Part shown: positions 19,359 through 31,800 of the stretch, one piece after another | Layout: each line of letters opens with the position of its first letter | How positions within the stretch are numbered: position 1 is the stretch's first letter | DNA from: Deltaproteobacteria bacterium TL4 | GTDB taxonomy: Bacteria; SAR324; NAC60-12 | Length of the DNA: 64,000 bases | Direction: 5' to 3' | NCBI GenBank assembly: GCA_051382335.1 | Contig: JBBCAX010000349.1 | Span: 1 to 64,000 of the forward strand | The notes under the pieces: model-generated | Told to the model about the DNA's origin: nothing | The model's database searches: none | The model's input: only the letters and a program-made list of their open reading frames with translations | Program-made: the position numbers and the translations under genes

Positions 19359-19713
19359 GGTTTTTTGCTGTGTCCAATAAAAAATACTGGGTGGTTTTAG
19401 GGCGTTTCATCCCTAGGCGTTGAGTCGCAAAGGCCTCCAAGCGCTGAGGACGGGTCAGGTAATTGATTTCAACTTCCATCAGCGTTAACTGATGTTCTAA
19501 CGCGGATTTTTCCTTTTCAAGCGATTGGATCTGATAGCCGTGTTGCAAATAACTCATCCATTGCCAAAGGTGAAACATGCTTCCAAGCGCAACTAAAACC
19601 GAGATGAACAACACCGTTTGAAACGACAAAAATACACTCTGCAATAGTTTTGATTTCTTCTTCCAACGATACTGTTCCCTTAATAAAGGGGGCCTTCTAG
19701 GAAAAATTTTCAT
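19351..19713 (-). CDS. ftsL: Cell division protein FtsL
   Basis: Single TM, coiled coil, RLEAFATQRLGM; overlaps the ftsI start. Confidence 0.8.
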   Translation of the reverse strand: MKIFPRRPPLLREQYRWKKKSKLLQSVFLSFQTVLFISVLVALGSMFHLWQWMSYLQHGYQIQSLEKEKSALEHQLTLMEVEINYLTRPQRLEAFATQRLGMKRPKTTQYFLLDTAKNHD

Positions 19714-19972
19714 AGCCTTTCCATCCCTGCTATTCCGAGTTTTTTCTGAACATTCTTAAGAACAACCTCAACGGACTCACCTGCAATAGAAAAAAATTGC
19801 TGCATCTTTCCTTATGCAAAGATTGTGAATATAGGGTGTTCTTTATGCTTAAAGGCTCATTTTCGGTATTGACACAAAAGAACATCTTGAGTTCTTTGTT
19901 TCAGTAGGATACCTGTCTCTGAAGAGCCTTATTTTAAGGAAGGTGACACTCTATATCACAATGGAATGAAAG

Positions 19973-20353
19973 ATGCCACGATGGATTGATATTTGTTGTC
20001 CGGAATGCGGAACCATCCAGGAAGTACGAAGGGACATGAACTGTTTTGTGGATGTTCAAGGGGCTGAAATCCCCTGTCCTGATTGTGGTTGCCTTCATTG
20101 CAAAGAACTTCCTCCCTTGGTCAATCTACAGATCCGGAAGTTTTATGAGCCGAAAGGTCCTCGGAAAAAAATCAGTCTTGCTGACGAAAAGACCCCCTTG
20201 CCTAACGAAGTGCGTCAGTTATTGGCAAAAGAATTATTTGATCCCTGTAGTTGTGGTGAGCACGCCCCTGTGGATCTTGAGGGACATGAGGCAGAGTGTC
20301 ATGTCAATAAGCATAGTTTCATGAAAAATCTGAAAAAAGACGAGTTACTTTAA
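19973..20353 (+). CDS. Zinc-ribbon protein (FmdB-like)
   Basis: MP...CPECG...CPDCG plus extra Cys/His near the C-terminus. Confidence 0.6.
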   Translation: MPRWIDICCPECGTIQEVRRDMNCFVDVQGAEIPCPDCGCLHCKELPPLVNLQIRKFYEPKGPRKKISLADEKTPLPNEVRQLLAKELFDPCSCGEHAPVDLEGHEAECHVNKHSFMKNLKKDELL

Positions 20354-20368
20354 AATAATCTTTGACTC

Positions 20369-20761
20369 TTGAATTTGCTCATGTCTGTTAGTATTTTCTT
20401 TGCCGTGGGAATTGGTGGATTTTTTGGCGCCATTAGCCGTTTTTTTGTGGGTTATGCCATTTCAACTCATTTTGGCACATCTTTTCCCTATGGCACCCTG
20501 ACTATCAATGCTCTGGGCTCTTTAATGATCGGTTTTCTTTCACGCTATTTTGTGCAGCACTTGGTGGTGAGTGATTTCATGAGGATGGGAATCCTGGTTG
20601 GGTTTTTAGGAGCCTTTACCACCTTTTCCACCTTCAGTTATGAAACCATTGTTTTATTGCAGGAAGGTGAATCCTTGAAAGCGGGAATCAACGTTGTGAG
20701 CAATGGCCTTGTGTGTCTTACGCTTTGTTTTGCGGGACTCCAACTTACCAAACTGATTTGA
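20369..20761 (+). CDS. crcB: Fluoride channel CrcB/Fluc
   Basis: GGFFGAISRF, FPYGTLTIN and GFLGAFTTFSTFSYE. True start may be ATG at 20381. Confidence 0.95.
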   Translation: MNLLMSVSIFFAVGIGGFFGAISRFFVGYAISTHFGTSFPYGTLTINALGSLMIGFLSRYFVQHLVVSDFMRMGILVGFLGAFTTFSTFSYETIVLLQEGESLKAGINVVSNGLVCLTLCFAGLQLTKLI

Positions 20762-21109
20762 ATGATGTCTGATAAATATACTGGAAAACGTTTACTTGCA
20801 CGAATTACCATCAAAAACAGTTCCCAATATGAGGGAAAATCACTTTACCTCGCTTTAATCGAAAAGCTGGAAGCTCATCATATTTTTGGCGCGACCGTTA
20901 CTCGAGGCGTTGGCGGATTCGGGAGCCATGCCCATTTTCATACGGATCGAATCTTGAGTCTTTCTTCAGAGTTACCCCTCATCATTGAATTTGTGGACTA
21001 TGAAGAGCGTATCCGAGCCATTTTACCAGAAATTGACCCAATGATCCCTTCAGGGATGATCACCTTGGAACAAGTAGAAGTCGTGTTTTATAGACAAGAC
21101 TTTGAATAA
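20762..21109 (+). CDS. DUF190 (PII-like) protein
   Basis: GATVTRGVGGFG and LSLSSELPLIIEFVD; the usual neighbour of crcB. Confidence 0.88.
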   Translation: MMSDKYTGKRLLARITIKNSSQYEGKSLYLALIEKLEAHHIFGATVTRGVGGFGSHAHFHTDRILSLSSELPLIIEFVDYEERIRAILPEIDPMIPSGMITLEQVEVVFYRQDFE

Positions 21110-22402
<1,293 letters not shown>

Positions 22403-22409
22403 TCCCCTT

Positions 22410-22440
22410 GTGCGCTGAAGCTCTCAGCGCACTTTTCTTT
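22410..22440 (+). terminator. Rho-independent terminator after eno
   Basis: GTGCGCTGA/TCAGCGCAC stem followed by TTTTCTTT. Confidence 0.75.
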
Positions 22441-22589
22441 CCTCCTCAAAAATCTCTCCCAAAAAGTTGCGCATCCCCCCATGAACTTGTATAGACAAGG
22501 GTAGGCAACGTGTGTTTAAGCGAAATAAGCACATCGTAAATCGTTCTATCATGAAGCTCTTTCGTTCAACCCTGTTCCTTGAAAAGACT

Positions 22590-23561
22590 ATGAAAAAATC
22601 ATTATGGTTCTTAACCTCTATTCTTTTTCCCGCATTATTATGCGCAGAACCCTGTTATCTGACTGTTGAAAAATCTGGAAATTTCGATTCTGGTGTCGTG
22701 CACTCCATGGCAAAACCTCTCGTGAGTCAATATATCGAACCGATTAGCCCTGTTCCCAATGAAGGTTTTAGTGATAAGGACTGTTATTACCGTATCAATG
22801 TCAACGAATCCCGACAAGGGTTTACTGTCTCCATTTCAGGGAAATTGAATGCCTTAGGCGATTCGCAACGTGTGGGAATGGAGGGTTTAAGAGAAGCCTT
22901 GCTCCATGCTATTTATCAAGGGACCCAAAATCAGGGAACCCGAAGTCGCCTCTGTCAAGATTATGCCCAGGATTTAGTGAAAGTCTGCTCTCCGCAGCAG
23001 TTCAATTCCAAGATAATGACGGGAACACCTCCTGCGCCTCAAGCAGGGCCCACGGCCTCTCTTCCTACCAGGAAATTTCAAGCTGAAGAACCGACCCCAA
23101 CTGCGGTCATTCACGTGGATCAGGAAAATCCTCAAGACGCTCAAGCCGCCATGTTTGAAAATGGAATTAGAAATTTAGTAAAACAAGGGAAATATGGAAT
23201 TGCCTTAAAACGAATCAACCAAGCCTTAAAAAAACATCCTGACGCACCCAGGCTTTTCATGGCAAAAGGACAGATCTTCAGGAGAATGGGAGAAAATCAA
23301 AAAGCCAAGATTGCGTTTGAGAAAGCCTGTGCTCTGGGAGCTCAACAGGCTTGTTCTTTAGTAAAAGGCGAGCAAGATGGACGGCCTGGTTATGAACGTG
23401 GAAATAAAGGACAAAATCGAGTAAACACCCCGGAACAAAGGAATAGAATCAACAGACAGGGTCCTGACGGGGAAGGACGCGGAAGTCAGAGGGGAAAAGG
23501 CGCTAGAGGGCAAAACCAGGAAAATCACCCCTATGAGGACACTCCTCAAAGCAAATATTAA
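22590..23561 (+). CDS. Secreted hypothetical protein with TPR-like region and disordered G/R/Q-rich tail
   Basis: Signal peptide MKKSLWF..., TPR-like ALKKHPD...AKGQIF...AFEKACALG...AC. Confidence 0.7.
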   Translation: MKKSLWFLTSILFPALLCAEPCYLTVEKSGNFDSGVVHSMAKPLVSQYIEPISPVPNEGFSDKDCYYRINVNESRQGFTVSISGKLNALGDSQRVGMEGLREALLHAIYQGTQNQGTRSRLCQDYAQDLVKVCSPQQFNSKIMTGTPPAPQAGPTASLPTRKFQAEEPTPTAVIHVDQENPQDAQAAMFENGIRNLVKQGKYGIALKRINQALKKHPDAPRLFMAKGQIFRRMGENQKAKIAFEKACALGAQQACSLVKGEQDGRPGYERGNKGQNRVNTPEQRNRINRQGPDGEGRGSQRGKGARGQNQENHPYEDTPQSKY

Positions 23562-23599
23562 GAACTTAATAAAATTCACACGGATCAACTGTTAACGCT

Positions 23600-26500
23600 A
23601 TGAAAATCCACTTAAGAATCCTACAGCTTTTATTGAGCGCCCTGATGATACTTGTAAGTCCGGCTTACTGCGAACAAGTAAGTTTGGATGAAACACTTTT
23701 CATGGCCAAAGGACTCAATGAAACCCTGCTAAGGGTTGCGTCTCCAGGACAGTATCGTCTTCAAACTAAAAGTGATCAAGGAACTCAATTAACTTTAGTA
23801 GATCGCATGGTAGGGCCAACTCATGTTTCCGGTGTTATGGGACAAAGCGATGCCCGTTTGGATGTTTTACTGGATGAAGGCGTTTACAAAGTCCGCTTGC
23901 AATCCCATCAAGAGGGGGTTGGACAAGTCGAACTTTCTGTTTTTACCTTTAAGGAAACTCAAGCAAAAAAACAAATCCCCGATTTCCCGGTTTTAGAATG
24001 GCCAAGTACGTATGCGGGAAAATTAGAAGATTTACAACAGAAGTCCTTTTGGTTTCACCTGGAAAATAGAGACGTGATCCGTTGGGAAGCCATGGGCAGA
24101 AATTTAAAAAACTGTCGCTTATGGCTGGATGGCAATTGGTTGATCGCAGAACAAGCGACAAGTTCAAGCTATGAGCCGATTGAAGGGCAACCCATGACCT
24201 ATTTGGAGTTTAATCAACAAATTAACCCGGGACTCTACCTGTTGACTTGTTATGGCGGAGAAGCCTTACCCTGGACAGAGCAAACCGACCGTCATCTCTT
24301 TTTTGTTCGTACAGGGGTTTCGAGTCTTGGCGATAGTGGGAGGCAAACATGGACAATTTCTCCTTTTGGACGGGATGTATTTAGGCTTCCTAAAGAAACG
24401 AATTTTTTTCAACTGATTCGTGAGGATAAAAAGGAGACCACTTTAAGCACAGGAACATGGACCGAGTATGGAACAAGGCATAAAGAGGAAAACCCTTGTA
24501 AAATCACAAAAGAGTCCCGAGATCCCTGGTGCGTTATTCAGAGTGCTTCCGGTTATGAAAAACAAGTGGTAAGTATTCGTGGGGAGCCTGGAGATGAAGT
24601 CCTTCTGGATTATTTTGTGAGTAAAAACGAAAAATTCGCCTTACCTCGTCAGACACAGGAATACTGGATCTCGAGTTTGCATTCCACAGAAGGAAATGAT
24701 GCGATTGATGTGACAGGCCTGATTATGAGTTTTTATGACAAGAAACCGATTATCTCCCAATTTCTGAGCCTCGGCAGAGGAAAACCCCTGGTACGGAAAA
24801 TCAATTTATTGGGCGAGGATGAAGTCTATATACAAGTTGAAGACTCAGGGACCTATACCCTTTTGGAAGATCCGGCTCAAGGAGCCAGCGTTCAATATCA
24901 ACTGGAACCTTTGATGTTTTATGAAAGAACAGATTATCGGGCTCCTTTGCAAAAACCGGGTGATGAGGTTGAGCTGATCCAGGGGATTTATGTATTGAAA
25001 CTGCACCCTGTCTCTAAAGGAATTCTATCGTTTACACTGCGTAAAAAAGAAAAATTTGAACTCCATACCTTTACTGAAAAGATGGTTTCGACCATACACG
25101 ATGTATTGGGAACGCAAGTAGAGACTTACGGAAATCTGCTTTGGCCCGCGGTGACTATTTCAGGAAGCGATAGGCCTCATGAGCTTTGGATGAATAGGAG
25201 GTATGGAGTCACGTCTGGTATTATTATGAGACCCTTGCCTTTAAACTTGGAAACCCCTCTCCCTATAACACTTGCCACGGGTCAGCAAGTTCCTATCAAA
25301 ATCCATATTCACCAACGCTCACGGATTGAGGTAAGTCATAAGCAGAACGCCAAATATTCGTTAAGTCAGAATGGAGCGTCTTTAAGTAGAAGCAGTTTTT
25401 TACCTCAGGGTCCTTATACGCTTACGCTTAAAAATACAGGAGAAACTTCCGGCTTATTTACCATCCAGGCGATGCCTTTTGTTTCCACCAAAAAGCTTTC
25501 CCCGAAACATCTTGACCATTTACAACAGGTTTCAGGATCATTTCCGGTTCTTAAAGAACAGAAGCCTGTTTTTGTGAATTTTGAGCGACACGAAAACAAA
25601 CACTTCACCGTATTGGTTGAAGAAGCCGGTCTGTACCGTATCGAAACGAGTGGACGCCTCGCGACGCAACTTACGGTTAGAAACCGAATGACAACGTCGT
25701 TATTTAATGCCTCACTCAATGGCATTGGCAGAAATGCTTTGGTACAGCAATACCTGAAACCAGGCGAGTATCAAGTGACGGTGCAGACACAAGGACAATC
25801 AAAAGGTCGTGCGGGAATCCATTTACGTCGAACCGCATTGGATACAGATAAAACTTTATTGGTTGATGGAGTTCAACGAGTCAGCTTGGAACCTGATGCC
25901 GCTGTTCGTTATCATTTTGAAATTACGGAAAAAGGAAACTATCAAATTCAAACCTCAGGTTTGGGAAAAACATTCGGTTTCCGCTTGGATGACGCGGAGG
26001 GTTGGCCTTTGGTGTCACCCGGAAATCAAGTCAGCATTCAACAGGAACTAGGGCCTGGTTCTTACTTTTACTACTCACTTCCCAGTTTTCTGGAAAGTCG
26101 ACGAAGCACCAAACTGAGTCAAATTAAATCACCGGCTGAACTTGTAGGAAAAGGCCCCCATGTTTTGCCGATCAATGCCACCCGCTCTCATCTTTGGCGT
26201 GAAACGCCAGGACGGATTCCCGATGTTTATACGCTCAACATTCCCGCGAATGTATTAGCAACGGGGACTTTAAGCAAAGGGATGGAGCTTTTTCTTTTTA
26301 GAAAAGGGGAAGGGCTGATTGAGACCATTTACGGGCCTAGTGGATGGGAAGGTGAATTAAAAACAGGGGAATACGAGGCCCAGGTGAAGAGTATTGAAAC
26401 GAATGATTTATTTCCCTACACTCTTGGCTTTCAAACCAAACAACTGATTTCAGGCATAACTCAAAAAATTCATTCGCTCCCCGCCTTACTCAAGGTCAGT

Positions 26501-28876
26501 GTTGGAACGACCAGTTTCGTTGATATCGCAAGTGAGGGAGGAACCGATGTGAAAGCGGTTTTATGTAATGAGCAGGGAACCCGGATCTTAGGATGGAATG
26601 ATGACGCGAAAGATGATTGGAATTTCCATCTTTCACAAAGATTAAAACCAGGTCTCTATACACTGAGGGTGATGTCTGTGGGCCAAAAAAGAGGTTCGGT
26701 TGGGGTCAAGATGCGGACACGGGAAGAGGTTTCACTTCAAGAGCATTTCCTCCCTTTCACCGTCGAAGAACGCTTGGGTGAAAAAGTATGGACGGTACCG
26801 TTCCAAAGCAAAAATAAAGAAAGTTTGATTCATCTCAAAGCCTCTGATCCTGACATCGGAATGACCTTGTTGACTCAAGATAGGGTTGTGGCTCAAGAAA
26901 AAGGTGAAATGTTTATCCCACTGAAATCCGACGATTTGTATCATCTCCAATTCTGGCATTTGAACAGTTCTTCCGAACCGATAACGATTACGGCAAAGCT
27001 TTTACCCTTCATAAAATCTGCGCTTTCGTCGTCTCAAACCAAGCTGGACATTCCTCCTAAAGAACATACGACCATTGTGCTATCCAGTGCTGAAAATATC
27101 AGTTATCACCTGTCGGAAAATCTAAAATCCTGGTTTTGTACGGCAGAACATTCCTCATGTCACCCCTTGGAAAATACGCCTTTTAGTTTGAATCAAGGAA
27201 AAGGCTGGTTGATTGTCAAAGGAGGGATCTCTGAAGAACAAATCACCTTAACGCCTTTTGAATTATCGCTTCAAAAGGTCACTATGGTTGAACTCGGACA
27301 GACCCCTTTAGCCTTTAACATCAATGTTTCAAAATCAGCGCCATTATTACTGGAGGCAACGTCCGTGGGGGGGATGTTAGGTGGCATGATTTCATCACAA
27401 AAAGCCGCTTCGTCTTTTTCCCGATCTTTTCATTGGTTTGGTTCAGAGAGTCAGCCGGCAAAAACAATCATGGGAATTCCAACAAAAGGACAATATTGGG
27501 GCCGAATCTGGAAAACAAAGAAATCTTCAAACCCGGAAAAGGTATTTTTTAAATTTCATGTCTTTGATCCTCAAGCACAGAAAGAACTGCCTTTCATGTC
27601 CACAGTTGAAGGTGTGCTCCAATCCGGTCAATCACAAAGTTATGCCTTGTCACAAAAGACAGGGACGCTCGAGCTTTCCATGACAAAAGGCATGGTTGCG
27701 TTTGTCTGGTCACAAGAACAAACAGAAACTCTGATTTCAGCAATGGAGGGAAATGTTCAGGAAACGGTTGATGTTTCCGGAGGTCTTTTGATTTTCACAA
27801 ACCAGGGAAACCAAGAGGCTTTATTCCATCTGACACCGGGAACAAAAAAAAATACCCTCCCTGCTTTTGATAACCGGAAAGGCTTTGAAGCTACTTTTTC
27901 TGAACCGGGAAAATTCTATTTATTCCTTCAAGAAATTCAAACCGGACATCACCTTTTTGTTGATGGCGACCATGTTTCCAGCCGCTTTTTTGATGCGGAG
28001 GGGGTGCTTCGATCAGGAACTCAATTCGAGATTAAGACGCCCTCAGAGCAAAATCAAGGAATGCTGGAAGTAACTCATGATACTGGTTTTGTGCAAGTAT
28101 GGCAGGGTCCTGTTCCTCAAAAGGAACGCCTACGGATGGGATCGCATGAAAACGTTGAGGAGTCCCCGTTGCTCGAAACAGGCGAACTGAAGCATGAAAC
28201 GCAATTGTGGAAAATCACCTTAAAACATCCCGGTTACCTTATCGTTGAGACGAACGCTCCTGGTGCAACCGCATTGCTTGATAAACAAATGGTATTAAAA
28301 ACCGCGCTAAGTGGATTCTCAACCCAACGCAGGCTTTCCTATTTTCTTGATTCCGGGGAATATCAATTGTGGACACGCCCCATTGAAGGCACAAAGCAAA
28401 CCGGCACCATTGAGATTCAAAAACTCGCGCCTGTTCTTCTTCACGAAGGACTTTCAGAAAAGATCTCACTGATACGTTCCGGAGTCCCTCATGTCTATCA
28501 ATTTGAAGTTTATGCCAAAGCTAAAATAGGAATTGGAGTTCGGACAGAGCAAGATCAGTTGAAAGGAGAACTCTATGATTCCAAATTTCAGTGGATCGCT
28601 CAAGGTCCTTTAATTTTTCGTGAGCTTGAACCAGGGAAATACATCTATGTCGTTTCTTTAAGCACCCCTTCATCACCTCCTGTCCAGTATAAACCCGTAC
28701 TTTGGGGGACACAGGGCAGTGAGTCAGGGGTTCCTGAAGAAGTGATGAAACAATACCAGCGGGAGGGACTTGCCATTCGTGATGAAATCCTATTGGGTGA
28801 TCACGGCAATACTCGAACAGAAAGCGACAGAGCTTCAAACAACACAGAAAATCCAGCGTCTGTTTGTCAATTCTAA
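23600..28876 (+). CDS. 1758-aa secreted multi-domain beta-rich protein with repeated PPC-like modules
   Basis: Signal peptide and recurring L-x-x-G-x-Y segments (LDEGVY, LKPGEY, LGPGSY, LKPGLY, LDSGEY, LEPGKY). The domain call is inference. Confidence 0.7.
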   Translation: MKIHLRILQLLLSALMILVSPAYCEQVSLDETLFMAKGLNETLLRVASPGQYRLQTKSDQGTQLTLVDRMVGPTHVSGVMGQSDARLDVLLDEGVYKVRLQSHQEGVGQVELSVFTFKETQAKKQIPDFPVLEWPSTYAGKLEDLQQKSFWFHLENRDVIRWEAMGRNLKNCRLWLDGNWLIAEQATSSSYEPIEGQPMTYLEFNQQINPGLYLLTCYGGEALPWTEQTDRHLFFVRTGVSSLGDSGRQTWTISPFGRDVFRLPKETNFFQLIREDKKETTLSTGTWTEYGTRHKEENPCKITKESRDPWCVIQSASGYEKQVVSIRGEPGDEVLLDYFVSKNEKFALPRQTQEYWISSLHSTEGNDAIDVTGLIMSFYDKKPIISQFLSLGRGKPLVRKINLLGEDEVYIQVEDSGTYTLLEDPAQGASVQYQLEPLMFYERTDYRAPLQKPGDEVELIQGIYVLKLHPVSKGILSFTLRKKEKFELHTFTEKMVSTIHDVLGTQVETYGNLLWPAVTISGSDRPHELWMNRRYGVTSGIIMRPLPLNLETPLPITLATGQQVPIKIHIHQRSRIEVSHKQNAKYSLSQNGASLSRSSFLPQGPYTLTLKNTGETSGLFTIQAMPFVSTKKLSPKHLDHLQQVSGSFPVLKEQKPVFVNFERHENKHFTVLVEEAGLYRIETSGRLATQLTVRNRMTTSLFNASLNGIGRNALVQQYLKPGEYQVTVQTQGQSKGRAGIHLRRTALDTDKTLLVDGVQRVSLEPDAAVRYHFEITEKGNYQIQTSGLGKTFGFRLDDAEGWPLVSPGNQVSIQQELGPGSYFYYSLPSFLESRRSTKLSQIKSPAELVGKGPHVLPINATRSHLWRETPGRIPDVYTLNIPANVLATGTLSKGMELFLFRKGEGLIETIYGPSGWEGELKTGEYEAQVKSIETNDLFPYTLGFQTKQLISGITQKIHSLPALLKVSVGTTSFVDIASEGGTDVKAVLCNEQGTRILGWNDDAKDDWNFHLSQRLKPGLYTLRVMSVGQKRGSVGVKMRTREEVSLQEHFLPFTVEERLGEKVWTVPFQSKNKESLIHLKASDPDIGMTLLTQDRVVAQEKGEMFIPLKSDDLYHLQFWHLNSSSEPITITAKLLPFIKSALSSSQTKLDIPPKEHTTIVLSSAENISYHLSENLKSWFCTAEHSSCHPLENTPFSLNQGKGWLIVKGGISEEQITLTPFELSLQKVTMVELGQTPLAFNINVSKSAPLLLEATSVGGMLGGMISSQKAASSFSRSFHWFGSESQPAKTIMGIPTKGQYWGRIWKTKKSSNPEKVFFKFHVFDPQAQKELPFMSTVEGVLQSGQSQSYALSQKTGTLELSMTKGMVAFVWSQEQTETLISAMEGNVQETVDVSGGLLIFTNQGNQEALFHLTPGTKKNTLPAFDNRKGFEATFSEPGKFYLFLQEIQTGHHLFVDGDHVSSRFFDAEGVLRSGTQFEIKTPSEQNQGMLEVTHDTGFVQVWQGPVPQKERLRMGSHENVEESPLLETGELKHETQLWKITLKHPGYLIVETNAPGATALLDKQMVLKTALSGFSTQRRLSYFLDSGEYQLWTRPIEGTKQTGTIEIQKLAPVLLHEGLSEKISLIRSGVPHVYQFEVYAKAKIGIGVRTEQDQLKGELYDSKFQWIAQGPLIFRELEPGKYIYVVSLSTPSSPPVQYKPVLWGTQGSESGVPEEVMKQYQREGLAIRDEILLGDHGNTRTESDRASNNTENPASVCQF

Positions 28877-28898
28877 ATCTTTAAAGCCAAGGTGGATT

Positions 28899-31800
28899 AT
28901 GTGGAAGCGAATCATAGGGTGTTTATGCTTAGGCATCTTTTTATATGGAAATCCTCAAAGGGGATTTGCTCAAAAATCAATTCCGGAACATATTATTGGG
29001 GCTGATAAAACCACGGTTGTGCCGGAAGCCTTTCTGAGAGCTTATGATCCAATTACGATTTTTTTCAATAAAGACGAAGGACCTGCAGAGGGAGGCCCTG
29101 TCGATCAGCTTGAAAAGTGGATGATCATGACTCCAGAACATCCCGGGGAAGCACGTTGGTTGGACGCCAGAACTTTACAATTTTTTCCGACAATCGCATG
29201 GCCTGCCTTAAGCCGTTATACGCTTCTGGTAAAGCAGGAAAAAAAATCCCTGGTCACTTTGATGCATCCTCCCTCCCATCTTTCCCCCAGTCCTGGAAGC
29301 GTTGAGTTGGAACCCTTGAGAGATTGGATGTTCCGTTTTGAAAATCGGATGGATCTTCAAAAACTGAAAAGCATGATAAGCCTTGAAGTTCTGCCCTTAC
29401 CAGGCGTCGGGAATGCCAATCAGGTTTGGATTACAGAGAATGATTTCACCTTAAAAGAAATCGAACGGACTTCACTTCATTCCCCTGTTGAGTATCAACT
29501 GACCTTACACCGTCCTATCGATTATGGCAAAAAAGCGATTCTGCATTTTCGCTTGTCTTTGGATGAGACCACAAGCAGCTCTGTCGCCCGCTATGCCTTT
29601 TCAACCAAAGCGCTTTTCCGAATAACAGGTTTGGGCTGCGGTTCCTTTTTATATCCGGTTTCAGTCAAGGGGAGTGTTTATTCCATGGATCAAGCTTTGA
29701 ATTGTGGAGATGCCCTTCCGTCTTTTTTCCTGCAATTCAGCGAACGTTTGGGGCCTGTCTCCATGGAAGAAGTAAAACGTCTGGTAAGCTTCAGCCCTGC
29801 TGTTCAGAGTTTCCGGTATGAGGTTTCAGGGAGCCGATTACAATTATTTTTTGATGTTGCACGTGATAAACCGTATGAACTTCGTTTGAACAGCATGGTT
29901 CTTCGGAGCGTTTCCAATCGGGAGTTGGCACCTTTTGGAGAAGTTTCCACGTTCTTTTATTACACCCAGGAATCGCCTTATCTTCGATGGCAGCAAAGTC
30001 AGGGTCTGGTGGAACAATATGGTCCTCAGCAATTTCCGATGGAAGGTCGTGGAGAAGAGCAACTGGATTTAAGGATTTATAAGATTGACCCCCTGGATCG
30101 TAACTTCTGGCCTTTTCCCAACTCGCCTTTGGCGTTAAATGATCAAAACCGTCCTCCCGGTCCCGGAGAAGAGCCTGAGCCGGGAACGCGAATGCCGGAA
30201 CAAATCCAATTGTTAGGCAGTCCTTTAGTTTCAACATTAGTGCCTTTACCCACTAAAGAACGTTCAGGCGGATTAAAATTCGGCTTGGATCTCCAACCTC
30301 ATTTTACAAAAATTTCCGGTCCCTCTCAACCGGGCACCTACCTCGTTGGATATCGAAATATCGGAAGTAGTACAACACGCCAATTTGTCAGAACTCAAGT
30401 CACCGATTTAAGCTTAAGCACCATCGAGGAGGAATCGGCTGTAACGTTTATTGTGACTTCCTTAAAAACAGGCAAGCCCTTGACCGATGCAACTGTGAGC
30501 GTGGAAGGAGAGTATGAATCGTCTCATCCTCTTTATTCTCCAAAGGATGTTGACAAATGGCAGGTGTTGATTTCTGGCATAACGAATACACAAGGGCAAT
30601 TCAGGTATGAACAGGTTGAGCGAATTAAAGCTCAAATTCGACGGATTGCCGTCCAACGTGAAAATGAGAGACTGGTGTTGAATCCACAATACCCACCTCC
30701 GCACTTTGCGAATAATCATTGGTATCATGAGGAATCTCCCTGGTTGGACTGGCTTAACCGAGATACGCAACATAATCGGGAAAAGGCGATTCGGAAAGTT
30801 TTTTTATTTATTGAAAGACCTGTTTATCGTCCTGAAGAACCTGTGCATATCAAAGGCTTCTTACGGTTACGTCAACAGGGAATGCTCAAGCATGAACCCG
30901 ATCGTCCAAGAACTTTGGTGATTCAAGGACCAGGTAACAAGGAGTGGACCTACCCTGTGCGATTAAATAAAATGGGGAGTTTTTACCATAAATTTGAGGA
31001 AAAAGACTTACCCACCGGAATGTATCAGGCTTACCTGCTCGACGAACAATCCTTTGAGCACTTAGGGTCGGCCCAATTTAAAAAAGAAAGCTATCGCATT
31101 CCTCGTTTTGAAATTAATATTTCTGGCCCTGATAAAGTTCCTTTAGATCAACCTTTTCAATTAACCATGACCGCGGATTACTATGCGGGAGGACGAGTTG
31201 TGGGGCAGGACGTTTCATGGCAAGCGACCCAGTTTCAGTACCGCTTTTCGCCTCCCCGTTTTCCCGGGTTCCTTTTTTCTACCGATGAACGATTTCTTAG
31301 CGGACACCCTTTCAGATCTTCAGGCAGTCTTCGAAAACAGGAGAAAACCGATGAAAACGGCGCCTCTTTTTTCACGCTCAATCCGGCAGTCGAACTGGAT
31401 GGAAAACCCCGCCAATATGTGGTTGAAGTCACCGTTAGGGGGGCTGATGAACAAACCGTTTCCGCAACGAAAACGGTCCTGGCTCTTCCCGCGTTTATGC
31501 TTGGAATAAAGGTGGATCGTTTTTTAAATCAGGCAACCACCATTTCACCGCAACTCCTGGTACTCAATCATGAAGGGAAACCCTTGGAAGGGCAGGAATT
31601 TCGATTGCGCCTGTTACATAGACAATGGCATTCCTATTTGAAGGAAAGCGATTTCACAACAGGAAAAATCCAATATGTCAATGATGTGGTCGATGTTCCG
31701 GTTATTGAAAAACGTATGGTTTCTGAACAAAACCCCATGACAACGCCTCTCACGGTAGAGGAATCCGGCGTTTATGTTGTGGAAATGACCGCAAAGGATC

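Noticed and set aside
19714..19972. Fluoride riboswitch upstream of crcB
   Set aside because: No GATGGxGT...TGAxxCC-type consensus could be found by eye. A cmscan would be needed to exclude it fully.
28770..28898. Real overlap between the 1758-aa gene and A2M
   Set aside because: An RBS and signal peptide point to a start at 28899, which removes the overlap.
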